Both the position numbers and the translations under genes were made by a program. The notes beneath the pieces are model-generated. The model saw only the letters and a list, made by a program, of their open reading frames with translations, did no database searches and was not told the DNA's origin. A stretch of 32,048 bases of DNA, taken from the IMG/VR virus record IMGVR_UViG_3300038379_000201, positions 1 to 32,048 of that record; one strand, given 5' to 3'. The stretch is from a virus. Lineage: Duplodnaviria; Caudoviricetes. Below, piece by piece: positions 7,672-15,845 of this stretch (within the stretch, counting starts at the first letter, position 1; each line of letters opens with the position of its first letter).

Positions 7672-8331
7672 CTAAAAGCGGCACGGGCCGCCGTTGTCTT
7701 TCCGAAAGTGACAAAACCGGCAAAGCGGCCCCGGCTTCGGCGCCCACGTCGTATCTGCAAAGAGCGGACCAATCTTTTTGAGCCAGTCATTGCGAATCTT
7801 GTCTTTCTCGTCAGCGCCGTACTCGCGGATCACTTCGTCCCCGCTGTCAAGATACCACAAGCGCGCCGTGACGTGCGTCACCTGAGGGTATCGGACCATA
7901 AGCGTCATGGCGAAAAGACGCACTTGGTCCTCGTTGGTGCCGTAGAGCTTGCCCGTCTTGTGGTCGATGACGTCGGCGGTCTTGTCGGGGTAGATGACGG
8001 CGGCGTCGAGGGTCGCGCGGTACCACGTCCTGTTCCCGTCTCGCCAGCCGCTTTCGCGCCAAGACTTGTCGAAGCCCCACTGCTGCTCGACGATGGGGTC
8101 GAGGTCTTTAAGCTGTTCCATCTGAGAGGTAAAGCGCCGCGCCTCGTGCGGCACGGTCTTCGTGACGTCAGTCAGGAACGCGGCTACTTTTTTGTGCGTG
8201 TTGTCGCCGCGAATAAGAGCTTCGGAGCGGGGCTCTGGAAGCTTGTCGATCTTGACGTACTTGTACTTTGCGGGACACTGCTCGTACAGGCTATACGCAC
8301 TGTAACTCCAAGACTTAACGCCGTTGGTCAT
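7672..8331 (-). CDS. Cas4-like PD-(D/E)XK exonuclease
   Basis: WSYS...CP, VEQQ, LDAA, VIDHKTGK, Q..LFA, C-terminal CRFC...C (four Cys). ATG 8331 overlaps the polA stop. Confidence 0.88.
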   Translation of the reverse strand: MTNGVKSWSYSAYSLYEQCPAKYKYVKIDKLPEPRSEALIRGDNTHKKVAAFLTDVTKTVPHEARRFTSQMEQLKDLDPIVEQQWGFDKSWRESGWRDGNRTWYRATLDAAVIYPDKTADVIDHKTGKLYGTNEDQVRLFAMTLMVRYPQVTHVTARLWYLDSGDEVIREYGADEKDKIRNDWLKKIGPLFADTTWAPKPGPLCRFCHFRKDNGGPCRF

Positions 8332-10238
8332 TGCGTGTACGCCTTCACGTCGTGCCAGTTTGGCCCCCACGCCGGGTCGGCGCGCATCGGAACGTCGAGC
8401 TTATCGCGCTCCATGATCTCTTTCAACACCAGCAGCTGCTCCTCCGCGACGCCCGCCGGGGCGCTGATGCAAATCTCGTCGTAGACGGTGGCGAGGAACC
8501 GTGCGTTGCGGCGCGGGTCGTTGTACCAGTCAATGATTGTCTGCTTGGTTAAGCACGCCGCCCCACCCTGCACCACGTAATTGATGAGCTTGTACTCGAA
8601 GTTCATGTGCCGGCCGGCCTTCTTGCTGAACGCCGGCAGCTCGGGGAAGTAGGCGCGGCCGCCCCACGTCCGCACGGGGTCGCCGCCCCGCACGGCGCGC
8701 TTAATCTCCTCATTGACGATAGCGAGGCCGGGCAGCGCCTTGGCGTGGATGGCGCTCAACTCCCGCGCGCCCGCTTCGCTGCCGCTCATAAGCTCCTTGA
8801 TGCGCGGAAGGCCGGCTCCGTAGAGCTTCCCGAAGTTGATGTTCTTGACGAGCGTGCGGCGCTTCTTCTCCGACCAAGTCGGATCGCCGGTGATCTCGGC
8901 GACGTTGTTGGCGATGTACTGGTGCGGGTCGAGGTTCGGGTCTTCGCGGTATTTAGTAGCAAGATCGCCGCTCTCGATGTTAGCGAAGATGCGCATCTCC
9001 TGGCCGCTGAAGTCGATGTCAACGAAGACGTGCCCCTCGTCTGGAAGCACGTAGCGGCGTACAAAGGGCAGTGGGCTGACGTCAAGGTGGTCCGGGTGCT
9101 TGTACCCGTCGCCCCGGTCCTCAAACGTCTTGCTGATGTTCAGGATGTTTGGGTTGCTGGTTGACGGTCGGCCTGTGCGCGTCCCGCCGCCTCCTCCTCT
9201 CGTCTGATTCCAGTTCGTGTGTATGGTGCCGCCCGTCTCGCGCGCCTGTGCTAGCCACGTCTCCATGAACATAGCGAGACAGGTCTGGAGGCGATTGCGG
9301 TAGCCGAACGCCGATGCTACCTGCGGGTCGTTGTACATTTCGGGCTTGAGGTTCGCCTTGGAGACGGAGCGCTTGCGCTTCTTCGTCAGCACCCACTTGT
9401 CGTCGTCGACTATTCCAGCACTTGAAAGCGCCTCTGCGACCTGTTCGTCTGCGTCAAGGTTGAGGTCGGGGACGCCAAGCCGTTTGCGGAGCCAGCCTTC
9501 GCACGTCTCCTTGTGCTGTTTGTAGGCTATGATGTCCCGCTCCAACGCCGCGACGTCAACGCGGATGCCAAGGCGCTCGTTCTCCATGAAGATCGGGAGT
9601 ATCTGGCGCTCGCGGTTGTAGGCTTCCAGCATTCCGTTCTCGACGATGAGCGGGTAGAGGTGCTGGAAAAGCGCGTAGGTGCGGTCGGTGTCGCCCTCTG
9701 CGTAGGGCGCGACGACGTTCGCCGGGCAGCGACACAGCCACTCGCCGGTCGAGGACTTGTTGGCTTGCGGCTTCCCGGCTTCCTTGTTGATGTCGCCGCC
9801 GTACTTGTCGATCAGCGCCTTGCGGTTCTCCCAGATATACTCTGCGACACCGTCCCGCTCTTCCGCCGGCCAGTCGAGGAGGTCGGCGGCGAGGTCCTTG
9901 AGGCCGTGCGACTTCGAGTGCGGGTCGGCGAGGAAGGCGAGGAACATGGTGTCGTGGACGCGGTCCCACGGGAGTTCGGGGAGGCCAAAATACTCGTAGC
10001 AGACGGCGAGGTCAAACTTAGCATTATGAAATAGGAGGGGCCGGTCCGTTTCCCATGCCGCCACGAGGCGACGACGTACAATCTCTTCCTCTGACCAGTT
10101 CCCGGCCGGGTGGCCGAACGAAACATATCTGCTGGCGGCGTCCCCGACTTTGAACGAACAACCCACCGGCTGCGGCGGGTAGTGTGGGCGCGGACGAATT
10201 GGCGTCGTTTCGAAGTCAATGGTGATCACGTCTTTCAC
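8328..10238 (-). CDS. polA: family A DNA polymerase with 3'-5' exonuclease
   Basis: Exo motifs IDFET, HNAKFD, YAEGD. Polymerase motifs TGRPS, DFSGQEMR, KNINFGKLYG, VQG, VYDE. Confidence 0.95.
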   Translation of the reverse strand: MKDVITIDFETTPIRPRPHYPPQPVGCSFKVGDAASRYVSFGHPAGNWSEEEIVRRRLVAAWETDRPLLFHNAKFDLAVCYEYFGLPELPWDRVHDTMFLAFLADPHSKSHGLKDLAADLLDWPAEERDGVAEYIWENRKALIDKYGGDINKEAGKPQANKSSTGEWLCRCPANVVAPYAEGDTDRTYALFQHLYPLIVENGMLEAYNRERQILPIFMENERLGIRVDVAALERDIIAYKQHKETCEGWLRKRLGVPDLNLDADEQVAEALSSAGIVDDDKWVLTKKRKRSVSKANLKPEMYNDPQVASAFGYRNRLQTCLAMFMETWLAQARETGGTIHTNWNQTRGGGGGTRTGRPSTSNPNILNISKTFEDRGDGYKHPDHLDVSPLPFVRRYVLPDEGHVFVDIDFSGQEMRIFANIESGDLATKYREDPNLDPHQYIANNVAEITGDPTWSEKKRRTLVKNINFGKLYGAGLPRIKELMSGSEAGARELSAIHAKALPGLAIVNEEIKRAVRGGDPVRTWGGRAYFPELPAFSKKAGRHMNFEYKLINYVVQGGAACLTKQTIIDWYNDPRRNARFLATVYDEICISAPAGVAEEQLLVLKEIMERDKLDVPMRADPAWGPNWHDVKAYTQ

Positions 10239-10315
10239 CCAACGCTCCTAAACTTGTCGACCTCGTTGCCCCACTGGTTCCAGCCGGGACGGCGGGTTCG
10301 CGCGAACATCTCCAG
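10235..10315 (-). pseudogene. 3' remnant of an MT-A70 family adenine methyltransferase
   Basis: Reads (GPA*)LEMFARTRRPGWNQWGNEVDKFRSVG*, the typical MT-A70 C-terminal LE(L/M)FAR...GW..WGNE motif. Confidence 0.8.
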
Positions 10316-10579
10316 CTACGCCGGGCCGTTTATCTGCCAGTCGTCGGGCACGCGCGGAAACGAGTCGTTCTCTATAACGAGGACCCCGTCTGTAGGAACT
10401 CCATCTTTGTGACGGTACCACGCTGTTTTAGAGACGTCGACCACTATATAACAGCGCCAGTGCGCCAGAACAGTTACTCCGGGCTTTCCTTTGAGCAGAC
10501 TTAGTACGTCGTCCTTGTTCGAACCTACGTAGTTCCAGTCAAACTCGTCGTATAGTATATATGTGCGCTCAGTTCCCAC
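10316..10579 (-). CDS. hypothetical protein
   Basis: 87 aa, AAGGAG RBS, visibly more AT-rich than neighbours. Confidence 0.7.
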   Translation of the reverse strand: MGTERTYILYDEFDWNYVGSNKDDVLSLLKGKPGVTVLAHWRCYIVVDVSKTAWYRHKDGVPTDGVLVIENDSFPRVPDDWQINGPA

Positions 10580-10591
10580 GCCTCTCTCCTT

Positions 10592-10649
10592 AAAAAGCGG
10601 GGCGGCCCGAAGCCACGCCAGCTATCCGCTGTTACCCGGATGCCGCCCC
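10592..10649 (-). terminator. branched hairpin with U-tract (terminator-like)
   Basis: 8-bp stem 10599-10606 / 10642-10649 enclosing an ATCCG/CGGAT inner hairpin, followed by U5. Confidence 0.5.
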
Positions 10650-10699
10650 TATCCGCCCTGGATTCCGCCTTATCGGTGCGGCCCTAGAACGGAATCTCG

Positions 10700-11506
10700 T
10701 CATCCCTTCTTCCTCAGCCCCGCAAGCCGGTTCGCGGCCTTCGGCGCAGCGATCTCGCTCGCTTCGGGCTCTTGGTAGGGACGGATGATCTCGCGCGCAG
10801 CTTCTTCGTGCCGCGCTTGGATAGTCGAGTAGAAGTCGTTGGGGAGCACGTCGAGCACCTCAAACTTGAGGGTGAACTGGTTGGCGCCGCCGTGCTCGAC
10901 GCGGATCTCGGTGACGAGGCCATAGGGCGGCCTCCCGTACTCTAAGCGCGCTTTCCTCACGAACTTCGCGTACTCCTTGCCAGACGTAACCGGGAGCTTA
11001 AGGATGAGCGCGTCGGCGCTCTTGTAGTGGTCCTCGTCCGTGATGATGTCGGCGGCGAAGTCGTTCTTGGTGCCCTTGATCTTCTCGTAGAAGCCCGCGG
11101 GGATGAGCGCGAGGCGTCGGCGGTTCTTGCACGCCTTGCCAGTGCCCGTGTCGGAGGTCCCAAACTGGTTTTTCGGGCAGCCGGCGCACGCGGTAGCCTG
11201 CGGCTCGAAATACTCCGAACCCTCCATAGCCGGGTGCGGCGCAAGGTCGTCTTCCTTGTGCGCCATCGCGTAGCACTTCGGCGGCGTAGCGGCCTGCCCG
11301 GCAACCCACTTCTGGTCGTAGAATGAGTTCTCGAACACGCTGTCTAGGACGACGACGCAGAGCTTGTTGCCCGGCAGCTCGTCTTCGCCGATCTTGAACA
11401 CGCCGCCGGAAAGGGAGAGGGTCTGCGCCCCCGACTTCTCGCGTTCGACAAATGTCTTGGCGGCGGTCGCCCAAGCCTCGTCGTATTTGGTGATCTCGTT
11501 CGCCAT
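10700..11506 (-). CDS. phage ssDNA-binding/annealing-like protein
   Basis: 268 aa with PKCYA, CAGCPKNQFG, GKACKNRRRL, LKLPVTS; upstream of polA as in related replication modules. Confidence 0.7.
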   Translation of the reverse strand: MANEITKYDEAWATAAKTFVEREKSGAQTLSLSGGVFKIGEDELPGNKLCVVVLDSVFENSFYDQKWVAGQAATPPKCYAMAHKEDDLAPHPAMEGSEYFEPQATACAGCPKNQFGTSDTGTGKACKNRRRLALIPAGFYEKIKGTKNDFAADIITDEDHYKSADALILKLPVTSGKEYAKFVRKARLEYGRPPYGLVTEIRVEHGGANQFTLKFEVLDVLPNDFYSTIQARHEEAAREIIRPYQEPEASEIAAPKAANRLAGLRKKG

Positions 11507-11520
11507 GTCTCGTTTCCTTC

Positions 11521-11922
11521 TCAGAGTTTGGTGATGCTGACACTAATGGCGTTGAAGCGCTCAACGCCTGGGACTTCTTCGCCGTTCTCCCACATATCCT
11601 GCACCGCTTTGTCGGAGAGGCGCTTTTGCAGGAGGTCAAAGCGGTCGTTCTCCAGAATGAACTGGTGAATTTTCTCCCAATCGGCGGCGGCGGGCGTAAC
11701 TTTCGTCACGATCTGTGCGCGATATCGCTTGCCGGCGGCCCCTGTGTCGTCTGACTTTGACAGGTTGTCAATAATATAATCCTTGATCTCTTTTTCGCGT
11801 GCAGCGACTTCGTCAACCTCTTTCTGCATGGCAAGGCGAAGCTCGCGCACGTCGTGATAGAGGTCGGCGCAGAGGCCGATAGCTTGCGGGATAGCGCCGC
11901 CTTTGATGAATTTAGGGTCCAT
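11521..11922 (-). CDS. conserved replication-module protein
   Basis: 133 aa; coiled N-terminal half; DW...DLLQKRLS...GEEVPGV pattern commonly found beside the SSB-like gene. Confidence 0.75.
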   Translation of the reverse strand: MDPKFIKGGAIPQAIGLCADLYHDVRELRLAMQKEVDEVAAREKEIKDYIIDNLSKSDDTGAAGKRYRAQIVTKVTPAAADWEKIHQFILENDRFDLLQKRLSDKAVQDMWENGEEVPGVERFNAISVSITKL

Positions 11923-11993
11923 TAGGCGCGCTCCCGCACGTTTCTGGTAATATCCGAGCGCTTCGTGGCGGCCACTAGGTAACCTGTTGACAT
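11922..11993 (-). CDS. 23-aa peptide ORF
   Basis: AGGAGAG RBS, MSTGYLVAATKRSDITRNVRERA, TAATG overlap with the next gene. Confidence 0.5.
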   Translation of the reverse strand: MSTGYLVAATKRSDITRNVRERA

Positions 11994-12002
11994 CAGACTC
12001 TC

Positions 12003-12197
12003 CTACTCTTTAATCCCTGCGGCAGACAACGCATCCGCAGCAGCTTCCCACTGCTCTATCTTCTTTTCCGCGCGCTCAATGCATCCAAGCGTTGTCGCGA
12101 CAGTTTCTTTGTATAGTTCTAGGAGGCGCCTATAGTCTTCCGCGACGGCGCGGACGTAGCCCAGCGGCGTCTCCCTCTCGTTTACTGTCCTTGTCAT
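12003..12197 (-). CDS. hypothetical helical protein
   Basis: 64 aa, ATGA overlap. Confidence 0.65.
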   Translation of the reverse strand: MTRTVNERETPLGYVRAVAEDYRRLLELYKETVATTLGCIERAEKKIEQWEAAADALSAAGIKE

Positions 12198-12490
12198 CTC
12201 TTCCTCGTTTCACCGCTTCCGCCGCAGGCCGGGCAATCTCGTTTCGGGCCGCGCGGCGTCTTAACACGCCCTTCACCTTCGCACACGGAACACTTTGTCA
12301 CAGCGGCGAGGTCTTCCAGGTGCTTGAGAAGCACGTCTCGTGCCAACTTGATCTTGCCGATGTCGGACCCGTCGCCGCCTTGGTCGGGGTGGGCCTTAGC
12401 GACAGCGAGCGCAAAGGCGCGGCGGATGGCGGCAGCGTCTGCGTCGCCTGCTCGCAGGCCAAGCGTCAAGTATGCGGCGTGCAGTTTCAC
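12194..12490 (-). CDS. minimal DnaJ-like protein (J-domain + zinc finger)
   Basis: [20 protein letters not shown] plus CSVCEGEG and CPACGGSG. Confidence 0.85.
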   Translation of the reverse strand: MKLHAAYLTLGLRAGDADAAAIRRAFALAVAKAHPDQGGDGSDIGKIKLARDVLLKHLEDLAAVTKCSVCEGEGRVKTPRGPKRDCPACGGSGETRKR

Positions 12491-12879
12491 GGACGACGCA
12501 CTAACTCAAGGATGAAAGACTTGTTCCTGCGCCAAAAAGCCAGCGCGCCTACACCCATGTCACGAATACGCTCATCGTCGAAAACCTCCCAGTGCGCAAT
12601 GGCGTGTTGTTGGCAGCCTATAGCAAGCGTATCGTTAGTCCACGTCAGCGGCCACGTATCAAACTGTGCGGAGCGAAGTTCTTTGCCGTTGCCTACTGCG
12701 CCGGTGAGGTCCGCGCCGGTGAGGTCCGCGCCGGTGAGGTTCGCGCCGGTGAGGTTCGTGTAGGTGAGGTCCGCGCCGGTGAGGTCCGCGCCGGTGAGGT
12801 TAGCGCGGACGCCTTTGAGGTTGCCCGCAAGCCAAAGGGCGTGTAGGCAAAGGATTTCTTTAAGCTGGTCGGGGGTCAT
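12487..12879 (-). CDS. pentapeptide-repeat protein (7 repeats) with IGCQxH C-terminal domain
   Basis: A(D/N)LTG repeats; AAGGAG RBS. Confidence 0.9.
   Translation of the reverse strand: MTPDQLKEILCLHALWLAGNLKGVRANLTGADLTGADLTYTNLTGANLTGADLTGADLTGAVGNGKELRSAQFDTWPLTWTNDTLAIGCQQHAIAHWEVFDDERIRDMGVGALAFWRRNKSFILELVRRP
12700..12804. repeat. 7 x 15-bp tandem repeat
   Basis: Unit GCCGGTGAGGT(C/T)CGC on the + strand. Confidence 0.9.
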
Positions 12880-12882
12880 CGG

Positions 12883-15069
12883 TTAGTCTCCTTTTCCTGC
12901 CTTCTTGCGTGCAAGAGCCGCGCCATATTTAGGGAAGTTCTGCATCGCCGTCTCGAACTGGGCCTGCGTCAGCGCCGCACCTGCCCACTCCTGCTGGTCT
13001 GCAATCACAAGGTACTGGCGCACAAGCCCGCGCCACCGGAAGCCGCGCGGATCGTCCTTGCAGCGCAGGTAGGTGACGCCGCACTCGCGTAGTTGGCGGC
13101 TTATCTCTCCCGCCGGGGTGCCGCGGTCCTTCGCCCCATGCAGCGCCGCCGTAATCGCCGGGAACAGCGTGGCGATCTCTTCGGGCGTGTAAAACGGCCT
13201 GATCTGATAGTGCATAAGCGCGTCGCGTATCTCCTTGGCGCGGGCCGCCTGTCGCTCGTCCAGAAGCGCTGCATTCGCCCAAGCCATAGAGCCGTCAATC
13301 CACGCCTTGACGACGTTCTCGTCGGCCGTCGCCATCTCCTCGGCTAGCCGCTGCACAGGCGTCAGACTCTCCATGTAAGCCATGTACTTCTCCGCCGTCA
13401 TGGGCGCGGCCTGCGGCGGGACCCAGCCTTTGAGGTCGTAGTCGAGCAGCCAGCCGAGCAGGCGCTTGGGGCCGCCCGCGTCGCGCCACGCGCGAAGCGC
13501 ATCATAGAACGCCTTCTCGCGCTTCGGCGGGCAGGAGATGACAAACATGCGCCGATCATCCTGCGAGTATGCTCCGACGCGGCGGTCGTTGGACGTGAGA
13601 ATATACATAGCGTAACTGTCCACCTGCCGCGCCGCGCGATACTTCTCGTTCAGGAACGTTCTCGTCTCAGTGATGAGGGACTTAAGCGTCTCTGATCCCT
13701 TGGAAATGTCAACTCCCCGCGCCTCGTCAAGCACCACAACAAGGGAGCGCTCAACCCATCCGTTGAAGTCGGAGACGAGGGCGCGCGGGGTCACGGCGGC
13801 CCCGTACGGCGCGAAGGCTTCGCGGACGATCTGCGCCCAAAACGACTTGCCGCAACCCTGCGTGCCGAGAAGCACGAGCGCCAGAGGCACCTTGACGCCG
13901 GGATTCTGCGCCTTGTAGGCGATCAGCTTTAGCGGGATGTCCTGCTGCTCGGGCGGGATGTCAGAGAACAGGAACTCGGAGAGATCGAGGAACGGCTGCA
14001 CGTCGCCGGACTCGGGCTCCCACCCGCGCCACAGGTTGAGGCTGACGCCGCTCGGCGTGACGAGCGTCTCCGCGTCGGCGTCGGGCTTGAAAACGACGTC
14101 GTTGTAGCGTCGGGCGAGGGGGTGAGTCAGAAACTCCTGCGCCACGGAGAGGTGTTTGAGACTGTCGCCCTTCAGCGTCGGGACGACGACGGAGAGGGCG
14201 GAATACTTCGAGCCGGAGCAGAAGTCGTGTTTCTTGATCCACTCCTGCGCCTCTGTGTCAAGCACCATACCGTCCCGCTCGATCCACGCGACGGAGCGGT
14301 TAAGACCAAGCACCGCCGCATCAATCTTGCGCATCTGCGGCGCGTTCTTGAAAACTTCGAACAGAGCATCGACGCCCTTGGCGGCGAGGAAGTCGTCGAG
14401 CCCGGTCTTGTCGTGTTTCGGGAGGTTTGGGAGCCGGGCAAGAAAGACGTCCGCGCCGCGCTTGAGGCTCAGTTCGGTTGCAAGTCGTCCTTCTGCGGCT
14501 TGGACGTCAGGATTAGAAGCGGCGTCGCTATCAAAGCAAATGTACACAGTGCGGCCGTCAAAACCAAGCCGGTCAAGCTCAGGAAGAAGTCGCCCATCAA
14601 CGAGAAAGTTGTAGACGCCGCCAAGCCCAATAGTCGGAACGCCCGCGAGACAGGCCGCAAGGCTTTTTTTCTCGCCTTCAGTGATGAGTATAGGGACTTC
14701 GCGATTCTCATGTGCTTCTCTCCAATCAACATTGTCCGTGCGCGGAAAGTATGCCCGGACGCCGGAGTTTTTCGGCTGCCCGTAGCGTTGCGGCTTCTTC
14801 TTGATGAGGCCGCGTTTCTGCGGCGGGGTTTTGAGGTAGCGGACGCGGAGAAAGGGGAGTTCCGCGCCGCTCCTCTCGAACGTCATCTGTTCGCCGGTCA
14901 GGGGGTCGGCGTATGGGATGACGAGAGCCGGTAGATTGTGAAAGTCCGTGTCGTAGGGCTCCTCCTGTGCTGTGTCGGCGGCGAACATGCCGGCCGCCTC
15001 GGCCTGTGCAAGCGTGATGCCAGAACGGGCGAGGTCTTGTTCGGCAAGGTCTTGGGAAGAAGAGGTCAC
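12883..15069 (-). CDS. primase-helicase (Toprim DUF3854-like + SF3/DUF5906-like helicase)
   Basis: ITEGEKK, ICFDSD, KTGLDD; Walker A GTQGCGKS, Walker B VVLDE, TSN, DRR. Confidence 0.9.
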   Translation of the reverse strand: MTSSSQDLAEQDLARSGITLAQAEAAGMFAADTAQEEPYDTDFHNLPALVIPYADPLTGEQMTFERSGAELPFLRVRYLKTPPQKRGLIKKKPQRYGQPKNSGVRAYFPRTDNVDWREAHENREVPILITEGEKKSLAACLAGVPTIGLGGVYNFLVDGRLLPELDRLGFDGRTVYICFDSDAASNPDVQAAEGRLATELSLKRGADVFLARLPNLPKHDKTGLDDFLAAKGVDALFEVFKNAPQMRKIDAAVLGLNRSVAWIERDGMVLDTEAQEWIKKHDFCSGSKYSALSVVVPTLKGDSLKHLSVAQEFLTHPLARRYNDVVFKPDADAETLVTPSGVSLNLWRGWEPESGDVQPFLDLSEFLFSDIPPEQQDIPLKLIAYKAQNPGVKVPLALVLLGTQGCGKSFWAQIVREAFAPYGAAVTPRALVSDFNGWVERSLVVVLDEARGVDISKGSETLKSLITETRTFLNEKYRAARQVDSYAMYILTSNDRRVGAYSQDDRRMFVISCPPKREKAFYDALRAWRDAGGPKRLLGWLLDYDLKGWVPPQAAPMTAEKYMAYMESLTPVQRLAEEMATADENVVKAWIDGSMAWANAALLDERQAARAKEIRDALMHYQIRPFYTPEEIATLFPAITAALHGAKDRGTPAGEISRQLRECGVTYLRCKDDPRGFRWRGLVRQYLVIADQQEWAGAALTQAQFETAMQNFPKYGAALARKKAGKGD

Positions 15070-15092
15070 GCAGAAGTCCCGGTGGCGTGGGG

Positions 15093-15845
15093 TCAGGGGC
15101 GATAGGCCGCCGCGGCTTCTATGAACGCCGCCGCTTGCGGAGCGACGATGGCGTTTCCGTAGGCGCGTAATCGTCCCATTCTTCCGGTATCCCCATTAGG
15201 GTCCGGGAGAAACTGGCGGGCATAGGCCAACCAACCCTCGCCAGAAAGACGTTCCCAAGAGTCACTTGCGCCTTCTTCCCGTCCGGCCGTCTCCCGGTCT
15301 CGCTTGTACCCGGCGGATTCACTTGCCCGCCACTTGGCGTCGTCGGCGTAGGCCACCCAGCAAATTCGCTCTCGAATGTGCGGCGCGCCGAAGCCCGCAG
15401 CAGGCGCAGGGACCGCCCCGATGGCGTAGCCCAGTCCTTCCATGTCATCTTGTACAAGGTCGAGCCAAGCGAGGCCGTTACGTCCTGCAACCTGTTCGCC
15501 AAAAATGACTGGAGGGCGGCGCTCGCCGATGAGGTGAAACCATGCCGGCCAGAGGTGTCGCTCGTCAGAAAACCCAGCGCCTTTACCTGCCGTGCTGAAA
15601 GGCTGGCACGGGCAACTTCCTGTCCAGACCCGTCGACTATCCGGCCATCCGGCAAGGCGTAGGCTGTGCGACCAGACGCCAATACCCGCGAAGAAATGGC
15701 ACTGTTCATAGCCCGAAAGGTCGCCGGGTCTGACATCTTCAACACTCCGTTCGTCCACGTCGCCGGGCGCGATATGTCCGGCAGAAATGAGGTTGCGCAG
15801 CCATTGCGCATCGTAGGGGTCAATTTCGTTGTAATACGCAGCCAC
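15093..15845 (-). CDS. C5 cytosine DNA methyltransferase (alpha-like chain)
   Basis: FFAGIG, GSCPCQPFS, GEQV, PHIRER, RLRAYGNAIV. Confidence 0.92.
   Translation of the reverse strand: MAAYYNEIDPYDAQWLRNLISAGHIAPGDVDERSVEDVRPGDLSGYEQCHFFAGIGVWSHSLRLAGWPDSRRVWTGSCPCQPFSTAGKGAGFSDERHLWPAWFHLIGERRPPVIFGEQVAGRNGLAWLDLVQDDMEGLGYAIGAVPAPAAGFGAPHIRERICWVAYADDAKWRASESAGYKRDRETAGREEGASDSWERLSGEGWLAYARQFLPDPNGDTGRMGRLRAYGNAIVAPQAAAFIEAAAAYRP
15119..15823 (-). CDS. nested alternative-frame ORF, putative MTase beta subunit
   Basis: 234-codon ORF in non-repetitive DNA entirely inside the MTase; WPTP and LMGIPEEW motifs; true start unknown. Confidence 0.6.
   Translation of the reverse strand: MTPTMRNGCATSFLPDISRPATWTNGVLKMSDPATFRAMNSAISSRVLASGRTAYALPDGRIVDGSGQEVARASLSARQVKALGFLTSDTSGRHGFTSSASAALQSFLANRLQDVTASLGSTLYKMTWKDWATPSGRSLRLLRASARRTFESEFAGWPTPTTPSGGQVNPPGTSETGRRPDGKKAQVTLGNVFLARVGWPMPASFSRTLMGIPEEWDDYAPTETPSSLRKRRRS

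Noticed and set aside
7672-8331. Cas4-like gene as evidence of a CRISPR-Cas system
   Set aside because: Solo Cas4-like nucleases are routine in phage replication modules; no other cas genes or array.
10316-10318. Genome-wide amber (TAG) recoding
   Set aside because: Several clear genes end in TAG with the next gene starting immediately (e.g. 515, 4423, 15845), and long genes have no internal TAG.
10592-10649. tRNA or HDV-like ribozyme
   Set aside because: No T-loop/anticodon geometry and no nested double pseudoknot could be assigned.
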